In this document: positions 10,937 to 24,979 of the stretch, piece by piece | Numbering within the stretch: position 1 is the first letter of the stretch | How the letters are laid out: every line of letters begins with the position of its first letter | Assembly (NCBI RefSeq): GCF_964204645.1 | Contig: NC_134036.1 | Location: 11,515,763-11,548,486, forward strand | DNA length: 32,724 nt | Direction of reading: 5' to 3' | Source of the DNA: Tubulanus polymorphus | Lineage: Eukaryota > Animalia > Nemertea | Program-made: the position numbers and the translations under genes | Notes under the pieces: generated by a model | Told to the model about the DNA's origin: nothing | Database searches by the model: none | Seen by the model: the letters and a program-made list of their open reading frames with translations, nothing else

Positions 10937-13900
10937 ACAGCACTTAGTCGTTTTTCGAACAACCACCAGCGGCACACTGGCGAACGGACGGACGACCGAC
11001 CTACTGCCTCCCTCCCTCCCTCACTGCTCCGGGTCGTAACGCTGATCAAGGCCCGGTCAGCACTTAGTCGTTTTTCGAACAACCACCGCCGGCACACTGA
11101 CGAACGGACGGACGACCGACCTACTGCCTCCCTCCCTCCCTCACTGCACCGGGTCGTAACGCTGATCAAGGCCCGGTCAGCACTTAGTCGTTTTTCGAAC
11201 AACCACCGCCGGCACACTGACGAACGGACGGACGACCGACCTACTGCCTCCCTCCCTCCCTCACTGCACCGGGTCGTAACGCTGATCAAGGCCCGGTCAG
11301 CACTTAGTCGTTTTTCGAACAACCACCGCCGGCACACTGGCGAACGGACGGACGACCGACCTACTGCCTCCCTCCCTCCCTCACTGCTCCGGGTCGTAAC
11401 GCTGATCAAGGCCCGGTCAGCACTTAGTCGTTTTTCGAACTACTACCGCCGGCACACTGACGAACGGATGGACGACCGACCTACTGCCTCCCTTCCTCCC
11501 TCCCTCACTGCACCGGGTCGTAACGCTGATCAAGACCCGGTCAGCACTTAGTCGTTTTTCGAACAACCACCGCCGGCACACTGACGAACGGACGGACGAC
11601 CGACCTACTGCCTCCCTCCCTCCCTCACTGCACCGGGTCGCAACGCTGATCAAGGCCCGGTCAGCACTTAGTCGTTTTTCGAACAACCACCAGCGGCACA
11701 CTGGCGAACGGACGGACGACCGACCTACTGCCTCCCTCCCTCCCTCACTGCTCCGGGTCGTAACGCTGATCAAGGCCCGGTCAGCACTTAGTCGTTTTTC
11801 GAACAACCACCGCCGGCACACTGACGAACGGACGGACGACCGACCTACTGCCTCCCTCCCTCCCTCACTGCACCGGGTCGTAACGCTGATCAAGGCCCGG
11901 TCAGCACTTAGTCGTTTTTCGAACAACCACCGCCGGCACACTGACGAACGGACGGACGACCGACCTACTGCCTCCCTCCCTCCCTCACTGCACCGGGTCG
12001 TAACGCTGATCAAGGCCCGGTCAGCACTTAGTCGTTTTTCGAACAACCACCAGCGGCACACTAGCGAACGGACGGACGACCGACCTACTGCCTCCCTCCC
12101 TCCCTCAATGCTCCGGGTCGTAACGCTGATCAAGGCCCGGTCAGCACTTAGTCGTTTTTCGAACAACCACCGCCGGCACACTGGCGAACGGACGGACGAC
12201 CGACCTACTGCCTCCCTCCCTCCCTCACTGCTCCGGGTCGTAACGCTGATCAAGGCCCGGTCAGCACTTAGTCGTTTTTCGAACAACCACCGCCGGCACA
12301 CTGACGAACGGACGGACGACCGACCTACTGCCTCCCTCCCTCCCTCCCTCCCTCCCTCACAGCACCGGGTCGTAACGCTGATCAAGGCCCGGTCAGCACT
12401 TAGTCGTTTTTCGAACAACCAACTCTGCCGGCATACTGACGAACGGACGGACGACCGACCTACTGTCCCCCTCCCTCCCACACCGCTCCGGGTCGTAACG
12501 CAGATCAAGGCCCGGTCAGCACTTAGTCGTTTTTCGAACAACCACCAGCGGCACACTGGCGAACGGACGGACGACCGACCTACTGCCTCCCTCCCTCCCT
12601 CACTGCTCCGGGTCGTAACGCTGATCAAGGCCCGGTCAGCACTTAGTCGTTTTTCGAACAACCACCGCCGGCACACTGACGAACGGATGGACGACCGACC
12701 GACTGCCTCCCTCCCTCCCTCCCTCCCTCACAGCACCGGGTCGTAACGCTGATCAAGGCCCGGTCAGCACTTAGTCGTTTTTCGAACAACCAACTCTGCC
12801 GGCACACTGACGAACGGACGGACGACCGACCTACTGTCCCCCTCCCTCCCACACCGCTCCGGGTCGTAACGCTGATCAAGGCCCGGTCAGCACTTAGTCG
12901 TTTTTCGAACAACCACCAGCGGCACACTGGCGAACGGACGGACGACCGACCTACTGCCTCCCTCCCTCCCTCACTGCTCCGGGTCGTAACGCTGATCAAG
13001 GCCCGGTCAGCACTTAGTCGTTTTTCGAACAACCACCGCCGGCACACTGACGAACGGACGGACGACCGACCTACTGCCTCCCTCCCTCCCTCACTGCTCC
13101 GGGTCGTAACGCTGATCAAGGCCCGGTCAGCACTTAGTCGTTTTTCGAACAACCACCGCCGGCACACTGACGAACGGATGGACGACCGACCTACTGCCTC
13201 CCTCCCTCCCTCCCTCCCTCCCTCCCTCCCTCCCTCACAGCACCGGGTCGTAACGCTGATCAAGGCCCGGTCAGCACTTAGTCGTTTTTCGAACAACCAA
13301 CTCTGCCGGCACACTGACGAACGGACGGACGACCGACCTACTGTCCCCCTCCCTCCCACACCGCTCCGGGTCGTAACGCAGATCAAGGCCCGGTCAGCAC
13401 TTAGTCGTTTTTCGAACAACCACCAACGGCACACTGGCGAACGGACGGACGACCGACCTACTGCCTCCCTCCCTCCCTCACTGCTCCGGGTCGTAACGCT
13501 GATCAAGGCCCGGTCAGCACTTAGTCGTTTTTCGAACAACCACCGCCGGCACACTGACGAACGGATGGACGACCGACCTACTGCCTCCCTCCCTCCCTCC
13601 CTCCCTCACAGCACCGGGTCGTAACGCTGATCAAGGCCCGGTCAGCACTTAGTCGTTTTTCGAACAACCAACTCTGCCGGCACACTGACGAACGGACGGA
13701 CGACCGACCTACTGTCCCCCTCCCTCCCAAACCGCTCCGGGTCGTAACGCAGATCAAGGCCCGGTCAGCACTTAGTCGTTTTTCGAACAACCACCAGCGG
13801 CACACTGGCGAACGGACGGACGACCGACCTACTGCCTCCCTCCCTCCCTCCCTGCTCCGGGTCGTAACGCTGATCAAGGCCCGGTCAGCACTTAGTCGTT

Positions 13901-15005
13901 TTTCGAACAACCACCGCCGGCACACTGACGAATGGACGGACGACCGACCTACTGCCTCCCTCCCTCCCTCCCTCACTGCACCGGGTCGTAACGCTGATCA
14001 AGGCCCGGTCAGCACTTAGTCGTTTTTCGAACTACCACCGCCGGCACACTGACGAACGGATGGACGACCGACCTACTGCCTCCCTCCCTCCCGCCCTGAC
14101 CGGTGCCGGGTCGTAACGCTGATCAAGGCCCGGTCAGCACTTAGTCGTTTTTCGAACAACCATCGCCGGCACACTGACGAACGGACGGACGACCGACCTA
14201 CTGCCTCCCTCCCTCCCTCACTGCACCGGGTCGTAACGCTGATCAAGGCCCGGTCAGCACTTAGTCGTTTTTCGAACTACCACCGCCGGCACACTGACGA
14301 ACGAACGGACGACCGACCTACTGCCTCCCTCCCTCCCTCAATGCTCCGGGTCGTAACGCTGATCAAGGCCCGGTCAGCACTTAGTCGTTTTTCGAACAAC
14401 CACCGCCGGCACACTGACGAACGGACGGACGACCGACCTACTGCCTCCCTCCCTCCCTCCCTGACCGGTGCCGGGTAGTAACGCTGATTAAGGCCCCGTC
14501 AGCACTTAGTCGTTTTTCGAACAACCACCGCCGGCACACTGACGAACGGACGGACAACCGACCTACTGCCACCCTCCCTCCCTTCCTGACCGGTGCCGGG
14601 CCGTAACGCTGTTCATGGCCCGGTCAGCACTTAGTCGTTTTTCGAACAACAACCGCCGACACACTGACTAACGGGCGGACGACTGTCCTAGTGCCTCCCT
14701 CCCTCCCTCACTGCACCGGGCCGTAACGCTGTTCATGGCCCGGTCAGCACTTAGTCGTTTTTCGAACAACAACCGCCGACACACTGACTAACGGGCGGAC
14801 GACTGTCCTAGTGCCTCCCTCCCTCCCTCACTGCTCCGGGTCGTAACGCTGATTAAGGCCCCGTCAGCACTTAGTCGTTTTTCGAACAACCACCGCCGGC
14901 ACACTGACGAACGGACGGACGACCGACCTACTGCCACCCTCCCTCCCTTCCTGACCGGTGCCGGGCCGTAACGCTGTTCATGGCCCGGTCAGCACTTAGT
15001 CGTTT
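10905..15005. repeat. Higher-order block B, copy 1 (~4.1 kb visible), near-identical to 28632-32724
   Basis: Shared rare markers at offset 17727: GGACAGC (A at 10937/28664), GGCATACTG and GACCGACTG. The offset becomes 17719 after an 8-bp CCCT difference (ORFs 13578/31297). Confidence 0.9.
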
Positions 15006-18000
15006 TTCGAACAACAACCGCCGACACACTGACTAACGGGCGGACGACTGTCCTAGTGCCTCCCTCCCTCCCTCACTGCACCGGGTCGTAACGCTGATCA
15101 TGGCCCGGTCAGCACTTAGTCCTTTTTCGAACAACCACCGCCGGCACACTGACGACCGGACGGACGACCGACCTACTGCCTCCCTCCCTCCCTCACTGCA
15201 CCGGGTCGTAACGCTGATCTAGGCCCGGTCAGCACTTAGTCGTTTTTCGAACTACCACCGCCGGCACACTGACGAACGGATGGACGACCGACCTACTGCC
15301 TCCCTCCCTCCCGCCCTGACCAGCGCCGGGTCGTAACGCTGATCAAGGCCCGGTCAGCCCTTAGTCATTTTTCGAACAACCATCACTGCCGGCACACTGA
15401 CAAACGGACGGACGACCGACCTAGTGCCTCCCTCCCTCCTTCAATGCTCCGGGTCGTAACGCTGATCAAGGCCCGGTCAGCACTTAGTCGTTTTTCGAAC
15501 TACCACCGCCGGCACAATGACGAACGGACGGACGACCGACCTACTGCCTCCCTCCCTCCCTCCCTGACCGGTGCCGGGTCGTAACGCTGATCAAGGCCCG
15601 GTCAGCACTTAGTCGTTTTTCGAACAACCACCGCCGGCACACTGACGAACGAACGGACGACCGACCTACTGCCACCCTCCCTCCCTTCCTGACCGGTGCC
15701 GGGTCGTAACGCTGTTCATGGCCCGGTCAGCACTTAGTCGTTTTTCGAACAACAACCGCCGACACACTGACTAACGGGCGGAGGACTGTCCTAGTGCCTC
15801 CCTCCCTCCCTCACTGCACCGGGTCGTAACGCTGATCATGGCCCGGTCAGCACTTAGTCGTTTTTCGAACAACCACCGCCGGCACACTGACGAACGGATG
15901 GACGACCGACCTACTGCCTCCCTCCCTCCCTCCCTCACTGCACCGGGTCGTAACGCTGATCAAGGCCCGGTCAGCACTTGGTCGTTTTACGAACAACCAC
16001 CGCCGGCACACTGACGAACGGACGGACGACCGACCTACTGCCTCCCTCCCTCCCTCACTGCACCGGGTCGTAACGCTGATCAAGGCCCGGTCAGCACTTA
16101 GTCGTTTTTCGAACTACCACCGCCGGCTCACTGACGAACGGATGGACGACCGACCTACTGCCTCCCTCCCTCCCTCACTGCTCCGGGTCGTAACGCTGAT
16201 CAAGGCCCGGACAGCACTTAGTCGTTTTTCGAACAACCACCAGCGGCACACTGGCGAACGGACGGACGACCGACCTACTGCCTCCCTCCCTCCCTCACTG
16301 CTCCGGGTCGTAACGCTGATCAAGGCCCGGTCAGCACTTAGTCGTTTTACGAACAACCACCGCCGGCACACTGACGAACGGACGGACGACCGACCTACTG
16401 CCTCCCTCCCTCCCTCACTGCACCGGGTCGTAACGCTGATCAAGGCCCGGTCAGCACTTAGTCGTTTTTCGAACAACCACCGCCGGCACACTGACGAACG
16501 GACGGACGACCGACCTACTGCCTCCCTCCCTCCCTCACTGCACCGGGTCGTAACGCTGATCAAGGCCCGGTCAGCACTTAGTCGTTTTTCGAACAACCAC
16601 CGCCGGCACACTGGCGAACGGACGGACGACCGACCTACTGCCTCCCTCCCTCCCTCACTGCTCCGGGTCGTAACGCTGATCAAGGCCCGGTCAGCACTTA
16701 GTCGTTTTTCGAACTACTACCGCCGGCACACTGACGAACGGATGGACGACCGACCTACTGCCTCCCTTCCTCCCTCCCTCACTGCACCGGGTCGTAACGC
16801 TGATCAAGACCCGGTCAGCACTTAGTCGTTTTTCGAACAACCACCGCCGGCACACTGACGAACGGACGGACGACCGACCTACTGCCTCCCTCCCTCCCTC
16901 ACTGCACCGGGTCGCAACGCTGATCAAGGCCCGGTCAGCACTTAGTCGTTTTTCGAACAACCACCAGCGGCACACTGGCGAACGGACGGACGACCGACCT
17001 ACTGCCTCCCTCCCTCCCTCACTGCTCCGGGTCGTAACGCTGATCAAGGCCCGGTCAGCACTTAGTCGTTTTTCGAACAACCACCGCCGGCACACTGACG
17101 AACGGACGGACGACCGACCTACTGCCTCCCTCCCTCCCTCACTGCACCGGGTCGTAACGCTGATCAAGGCCCGGTCAGCACTTAGTCGTTTTTCGAACAA
17201 CCACCGCCGGCACACTGACGAACGGACGGACGACCGACCTACTGCCTCCCTCCCTCCCTCACTGCACCGGGTCGTAACGCTGATCAAGGCCCGGTCAGCA
17301 CTTAGTCGTTTTTCGAACAACCACCAGCGGCACACTGGCGAACGGACGGACGACCGACCTACTGCCTCCCTCCCTCCCTCAATGCTCCGGGTCTTAACGC
17401 TGATCAAGGCCCGGTCAGCACTTAGTCGTTTTTCGAACAACCACCGCCGGCACACTGGCGAACGGACGGACGACCGACCTACTGCCTCCCTCCCTCCCTC
17501 ACTGCTCCGGGTCGTAACGCTGATCAAGGCCCGGTCAGCACTTAGTCGTTTTTCGAACAACCACCGCCGGCACACTGACGAACGGATGGACGACCGACCT
17601 ACTGCCTCCCTCCCTCCCTCCCTCCCTCCCTCCCTCACAGCACCGGGTCGTAACGCTGATCAAGGCCCGGTCAGCACTTAGTCGTTTTTCGAACAACCAA
17701 CTCTGCCGGCACACTGACGAACGGATGGACGACCGACCTACTGTCCCCCTCCCTCCCACACCGCTCCGGGTCGTAACGCAGATCAAGGCCCGGTCAGCAC
17801 TTAGTCGTTTTTCGAACAACCACCAGCGGCACACTGGCGAACGGACGGACGACCGACCTACTGCCTCCCTCCCTCCCTCACTGCTCCGGGTCGTAACGCT
17901 GATCAAGGCCCGGTCAGCACTTAGTCGTTTTTCGAACAACCACCGCCGGCACACTGACGAACGGATGGACGACCGACCTACTGCCTCCCTCCCTCCCTCC

Positions 18001-20861
18001 CTCCCTCACAGCACCGGGTCGTAACGCTGATCAAGGCCCGGTCAGCACTTAGTCGTTTTTCGAACAACCAACTCTGCCGGCACACTGACGAACGGACGGA
18101 CGACCGACCTACTGTCCCCCTCCCTCCCACACCGCTCCGGGTCGTAACGCTGATCAAGGCCCGGTCAGCACTTAGTCGTTTTTCGAACAACCACCAGCGG
18201 CACACTGGCGAACGGACGGACGACCGACCTACTGCCTCCCTCCCTCCCTCACTGCTCCGGGTCGTAACGCTGATCAAGACCCGGTCAGCACTTAGTCGTT
18301 TTTCGAACAACCACCGCCGGCACACTGACGAACGGACGGACGACCGACCTACTGCCTCCCTCCCTCCCTCCCTGACCGGTGCCGGGTCGTAACGCTGATT
18401 AAGGCCCGGTCAGCACTTAGTCGTTTTTCGAACAACAACCGCCGACACACTGACTAACGGGCGGACGACTGTCCTAGTGCTTCCCTCCCTCCCTCACTGC
18501 ACCGGGTCGTAACGCTGATTAAGGCCCGGTCAGCACTTAGTCGTTTTTCGAACAACCACCGCCGGCACACTGACGAACGGATGGACGACCGACCTACTGC
18601 CACCCTCCCTCCCTTCCTGACCGGTGCCGGGTCGTAACGCTGATCAAGGCCCGCTCAGCACTTAGTCGTTTTTCGAACAACCACCGCCGGCACACTGACG
18701 AACGGATGGACGACCGACCTACTGCCTCCCTCCCTCCCTCACAGCACCGGGTCGTAACGCTGATCAAGGCCCGGTCAGCACTTAGTCGTTTTTCGAACAA
18801 CCAACTCTGCCGGCACACTGACGAACGGACGGACGACCGACCTACTGTCCCCCTCCCTCCCACACTGCTCCGGGTCGTAACGCTGATCAAGGCCCGGTCA
18901 GCACTTAGTCGTTTTTCGAACTACCACCGCCGGCACACTGACCAACGAACGGACGACCGACCTACTGCCACCCTCCCTCCCTTCCTGACCGGTGCCGGGT
19001 CGTAACGCTGTGCATGGCCCGGTCAGCACTTAGTCGTTTTTCGAACAACCACCGCCGGCACACTGACGACTGGACGGACGACCGACCTACTGCCTCCCTC
19101 CCTCCCTCACTGCACCGGGTCGTAACGCTGATCTAGGCCCGGTCAGCACTTAGTCGTTTTTCGAACAACCACCAGCGGCACACTGGCGAACGGACGGACG
19201 ACCGACCTACTGCCTCCCTCCCTCCCTCACTGCTCCGGGTCGTAACGCTGATCAAGGCCCGGTCAGCACTTAGTCGTTTTTCGAACAACCACCGCCGGCA
19301 CACTGACGAACGGACGGACGACCGACCTACTGCCTCCCTCCCTCCCTCACTGCACCGGGTCGTAACGCTGATCAAGGCCCGGTCAGCACTTAGTCGTTTT
19401 TCGAACAACCACCGCCGGCACACTGACGAACGGACGGACGACCGACCTACTGCCTCCCTCCCTGCCTCACTGCACCGGGTCGTAACGCTGATCAAGGCCC
19501 GGTCAGCACTTAGTCGTTTTTCGAACAACCACCAGCGGCACACTGGCGAACGGACGGACGACCGACCTACTGCCTCCCTCCCTCCCTCAATGCTCCGGGT
19601 CGTAACGCTGATCAAGGCCCGGTCAGCACTTAGTCGTTTTTCGAACAACCACCGCCGGCACACTGGCGAACGGACGGACGACCGACCTACTGCCTCCCTC
19701 CCTCCCTCACTGCTCCGGGTCGTAACGCTGATCAAGGCCCGGTCAGCACTTAGTCGTTTTTCGAACAACCACCGCCGGCACACTGACGAACGGATGGACG
19801 ACCGACCTACTGCCTCCCTCCCTCCCTCCCTCCCTCACAGCACCGGGTCGTAACGCTGATCAAGGCCCGGTCAGCACTTAGTCGTTTTTCGAACAACCAA
19901 CTCTGCCGGCACACTGACGAACGGACGGACGACCGACCTACTGTCCCCCTCCCTCCCACACCGCTCCGGGTCGTAACGCAGATCAAGGCCCGGTCAGCAC
20001 TTAGTCGTTTTTCGAACAACCACCAGCGGCACACTGGCGAACGGACGGACGGACGACCGACCTACTGCCTCCCTCCCTCCCTCACTGCTCCGGGTCGTAA
20101 CGCTGATCAAGGCCCGGTCAGCACTTAGTCGTTTTTCGAACAACCACCGCCGGCACACTGACGAACGGATGGACGACCGACCTACTGCCTCCCTCCCTCC
20201 CTCCCTCCCTCACAGCACCGGGTCGTAACGCTGATCAAGGCCCGGTCAGCACTTAGTCGTTTTTCGAACAACCAACTCTGCTGGCACACTGACGAACGGA
20301 CGGACGACCGACCTACTGTCCCCCTCCCTCCCACACCGCTCCGGGTCGTAACGCTGATCAAGGCCCGGTCAGCACTTAGTCGTTTTTCGAACAACCACCA
20401 GCGGCACACTGGCGAACGGACGGACGACCGACCTACTGCCTCCCTCCCTCCCTCACTGCTCCGGGTCGTAACGCTGATCAAGGCCCGGTCAGCACTTAGT
20501 CGTTTTTCGAACAACCACCGCCGGCACACTGACGAACGGACGGACGACCGACCTACTGCCTCCCTCCCTCCCTCCCTGACCGGTGCCGGGTCGTAACGCT
20601 GATTAAGGCCCGGTCAGCACTTAGTCGTTTTTCGAACAACCACCGCCGGCACACTGACGAACGGATGGACGACCGACCTACTGCCACCCTCCCTCCCTTC
20701 CTGACCGGTGCCGGGTCGTAACGCTGATCAAGGCCCGCTCAGCACTTAGTCGTTTTTCGAACAACCAACTCTGCCGGCACACTGACGAACGGACGGACGA
20801 CCGACCTACTGTACCCCTCCCTCCCACACTGCTCCGGGTCGTAACGCTGATCAAGGCCCGG
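13281..20861. repeat. Higher-order block A, copy 2
   Basis: Same ordered series of diagnostic variants as 3344-10936. Differences I saw: (CCCT)10 vs (CCCT)7, TT vs AC at 8627-8628, and G>C at 15122. Confidence 0.93.
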
Positions 20862-20960
20862 TCAGCACTTAGTCGTTTTTCGAACTACCACCGCCGGCAC
20901 ACTGACCAACGAACGGACGACCGACCTACTGCCACCCTCCCTCCCTTCCTGACCGGTGCC

Positions 20961-23452
20961 GGGTCGTAACGCTGTGCATGGCCCGGTCAGCACTTAGTCG
21001 TTTTTCGAACAACCACCGCCGGCACACTGACGACTGGACGGACGACCGACCTACTGCCTCCCTCCCTCCCTCACTGCACCGGGTCGTAACGCTGATCTAG
21101 GCCCGGTCAGCACTTAGTCGTTTTTCGAACTACCACCGCCGGCACACTGACGAACGGATGGACGACCGACCTACTGCCTCCCTCCCTCCCGCCCTGACCA
21201 GTGCCGGGTCGTAACGCTGATCAAGGCCCGGTCAGCCCTTAGTCATTTTTCGAACAACCATCACTGCCGGCACACTGACAAACGGACGGACGACCGACTT
21301 ACTGCCTGCCTCCTCCCTCCCTCAATGCTCCGGGTCGTAACGCTGATCAAGGCCCGGTCAGCACTTAGTCGTTTTTCGAACTACCACCGCCGGCACAATG
21401 ACGAACGGACGGACGACCGACCTACTGCCTCCCTCCCTCCCTCCCTGACCGGTGCCGGGTCGTAACGCTGATCAAGGCCCGGTCAGCACTTAGTCGTTTT
21501 TCGAACAACCATCACTGCCGGCACACTGACAAACGGACGGACGACCGACTTACTGCCTGCCTCCTCCCTCCCTCAATGCTCCGGGTCGTAACGCTGATCA
21601 AGGCCCGGTCAGCACTTAGTCGTTTTTCGAACTACCACCGCCGGCACACTGACGAACGGACGGACGACCGACCTACTGCCTCCCTCCCTCCCTCCCTGAC
21701 CGGTGCCGGGTCGTAACGCTGATCAAGGCCCGGTCAGCACTTAGTCGTTTTTCGAACTACCACCGCCGGCACACTGACGAACGAACGGACGACCGACCTA
21801 CTGCCACCCTCCCTCCCTTCCTGACCGGTGCCGGGTCGTAACGCTGTGCATGGCCCGGTCAGCACTTAGTCGTTTTTCGAACAACCACCGCCGGCACACT
21901 GACGACTGGACGGACGACCGACCTACTGCCTCCCTCCCTCCCTTCCTGACCGGTGCCGGGTCGTAACGCTGTTCATGGCCCGGTCAGCACTTAGTCGTTT
22001 TTCGAACAGCAACCGCCGACACACTGACTAACGGGCGGACGACGGACCTACTGCCTCCCTCCCTCCCTCCCTCACTGCACCGGGTCGTAACGCTGATCAA
22101 GGCCCGGTCAGCACTTAGTCGTTTTTCGAACTACCACCGCCGGCACACTGACGAACGAACGGACGACCGACCTACTGCCACCCTCCCTCCCTTCCTGACC
22201 GGTGCCGGGTCGTAACGCTGTGCATGGCCCGGTCAGCACTTAGTCGTTTTTCGAACAACCACCGCCGGCACACTGACGACTGGACGGACGACCGACCTAC
22301 TGCCTCCCTCCCTCCCTCACTGCACCGGGTCGTAACGCTGATCTAGGCCCGGTCAGCACTTAGTCGTTTTTCGAACTACCACCGCCGGCACACTGACGAA
22401 CGGATGGACGACCGACCTACTGCCTCCCTCCCTCCCGCCCTGACCAGTGCCGGGTCGTAACGCTGATCAAGGCCCGGTCAGCCCTTAGTCATTTTTCGAA
22501 CAACCATCACTGCCGGCACACTGACAAACGGACGGACGACCGACTTACTGCCTGCCTCCTCCCTCCCTCAATGCTCCGGGTCGTAACGCTGATCAAGGCC
22601 CGGTCAGCACTTAGTCGTTTTTCGAACTACCACCGCCGGCACAATGACGAACGGACGGACGACCGACCTACTGCCTCCCTCCCTCCCTCCCTGACCGGTG
22701 CCGGGTCGTAACGCTGATCAAGGCCCGGTCAGCACTTAGTCGTTTTTCGAACAACCATCACTGCCGGCACACTGACAAACGGACGGACGACCGACTTACT
22801 GCCTGCCTCCTCCCTCCCTCAATGCTCCGGGTCGTAACGCTGATCAAGGCCCGGTCAGCACTTAGTCGTTTTTCGAACTACCACCGCCGGCACACTGACG
22901 AACGGACGGACGACCGACCTACTGCCTCCCTCCCTCCCTCCCTGACCGGTGCCGGGTCGTAACGCTGATCAAGGCCCGGTCAGCACTTAGTCGTTTTTCG
23001 AACTACCACCGCCGGCACACTGACGAACGAACGGACGACCGACCTACTGCCACCCTCCCTCCCTTCCTGACCGGTGCCGGGTCGTAACGCTGTGCATGGC
23101 CCGGTCAGCACTTAGTCGTTTTTCGAACAACCACCGCCGGCACACTGACGACTGGACGGACGACCGACCTACTGCCTCCCTCCCTCCCTTCCTGACCGGT
23201 GCCGGGTCGTAACGCTGTTCATGGCCCGGTCAGCACTTAGTCGTTTTTCGAACAGCAACCGCCGACACACTGACTAACGGGCGGACGACGGACCTACTGC
23301 CTCCCTCCCTCCCTCCCTCACTGCACCGGGTCGTAACGCTGATCAAGGCCCGGTCAGCACTTAGTCGTTTTTCGAACTACCACCGCCGGCACACTGACGA
23401 ACGAACGGACGACCGACCTACTGCCACCCTCCCTCCCTTCCTGACCGGTGCC
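20961..23452. repeat. Tandem duplication of a 10-monomer, 1246-bp unit
   Basis: Monomer lengths 120,125,126,125,126,125,125,125,124,125 sum to 1246. Markers at that offset: AGTCATTTT 21241/22487 and AACAGC 22005/23251. Confidence 0.9.
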
Positions 23453-24979
23453 GGGTCGTAACGCTGTTCATGGCCCGGTCAGCACTTAGTCGTTTTTCGA
23501 ACTACCACCGCCGGCACACTGACAAAGGATGAACGACCGACCTACTACCTCCCTCCCTCCCTCCCTGACCAGCGCCGGGTCGTAACGCTGATTAAGGCCC
23601 GGTCAGCCCTTAGTCGTTTTTCGAACAACCACCGCCGGCACACTGACGAACGGACGGACGACCGACCTACTGCCTCCCTCCCTCCCTCCCTGACCAGCGC
23701 CGGGTCGTAACGCTGATTAAGGCCCGGTCAGCCCTTAGTCGTTTTTCGAAAAACCATTACTGCCGGCACACCGACAAACGGACGGACGACCGACCTACTG
23801 CCTCCCTCCCTCCCTCAATGCTCCGGGTCGTAACGCTGATCAAGGCCCGGTCAGCACTTAGTCGTTTTTCGAACAACAACCGCCGACACACTGACTAACG
23901 GGCGGACGACTGTCCTAGTGCCTCCCTCCCTCCCTCACTGCACCGGGTCGTAACGCTGATCAAGGCCCGGTCAGCACTTAGTCGTTTTTCGAACAACCAC
24001 CGCCGGCACACTGACGAACGGATGGACGACCGACCTACTGCCACCCTCCCTCCCTTCCTGACCGGTGCCGGGTCGTAACGCTGATCAAGGCCCGCTCAGC
24101 ACTTAGTCGTTTTTCGAACAACCACCGCCGGCACACTGACGAACGGATGGACGACCGACCTACTGCCTCCCTCCCTCCCTCACAGCACCGGGTCGTAACG
24201 CTGATCAAGGCCCGGTCAGCACTTAGTCGTTTTTCGAACAACCAACTCTGCCGGCACACTGACGAACGGACGGACGACCGTCCTACTGTCCCCCTCCCTC
24301 CCACACTGCTCCGGGTCGTAACGCTGATCAAGGCCCGGTCAGCACTTAGTCGTTTTTCGAACTTCCACCGCCGGCACACTGACCAACGAACGGACGACCG
24401 ACCTACTGCCACCCTCCCTCCCTTCCTGACCGGTGCCGGGTCGTAACGCTGTGCATGGCCCGGTCAGCACCCAGTCGTTTTTCGAACAACCACCGCCGGC
24501 ACACTGACGACTGGACGGACGACCGACCTACTGCCTCCCTCCCTCCCTCACTGCACCGGGTCGTAACGCTGATCTAGGCCCGGTCAGCACTTAGTCGTTT
24601 TTCGAACTACCACCGCCGGCACACTGACGAACGGATGGACGACCGACCTACTGCCTCCCTCCCTCCCGCCCTGACCAGTGCCGGGTCGTAACGCTGATCA
24701 AGGCCCGGTCAGCCCTTAGTCATTTTTCGAACAACCATCACTGCCGGCACACTGACAAACGGACGGACGACCGACTTACTGCCTGCCTCCTCCCTCCCTC
24801 AATGCTCCGGGTCGTAACGCTGATCAAGGCCCGGTCAGCACTTAGTCGTTTTTCGAACTACCACCGCCGGCACAATGACGAACGGACGGACGACCGACCT
24901 ACTGCCTCCCTCCCTCCCTCCCTGACCGGTGCCGGGTCGTAACGCTGATCAAGGCCCGGTCAGCACTTAGTCGTTTTTC

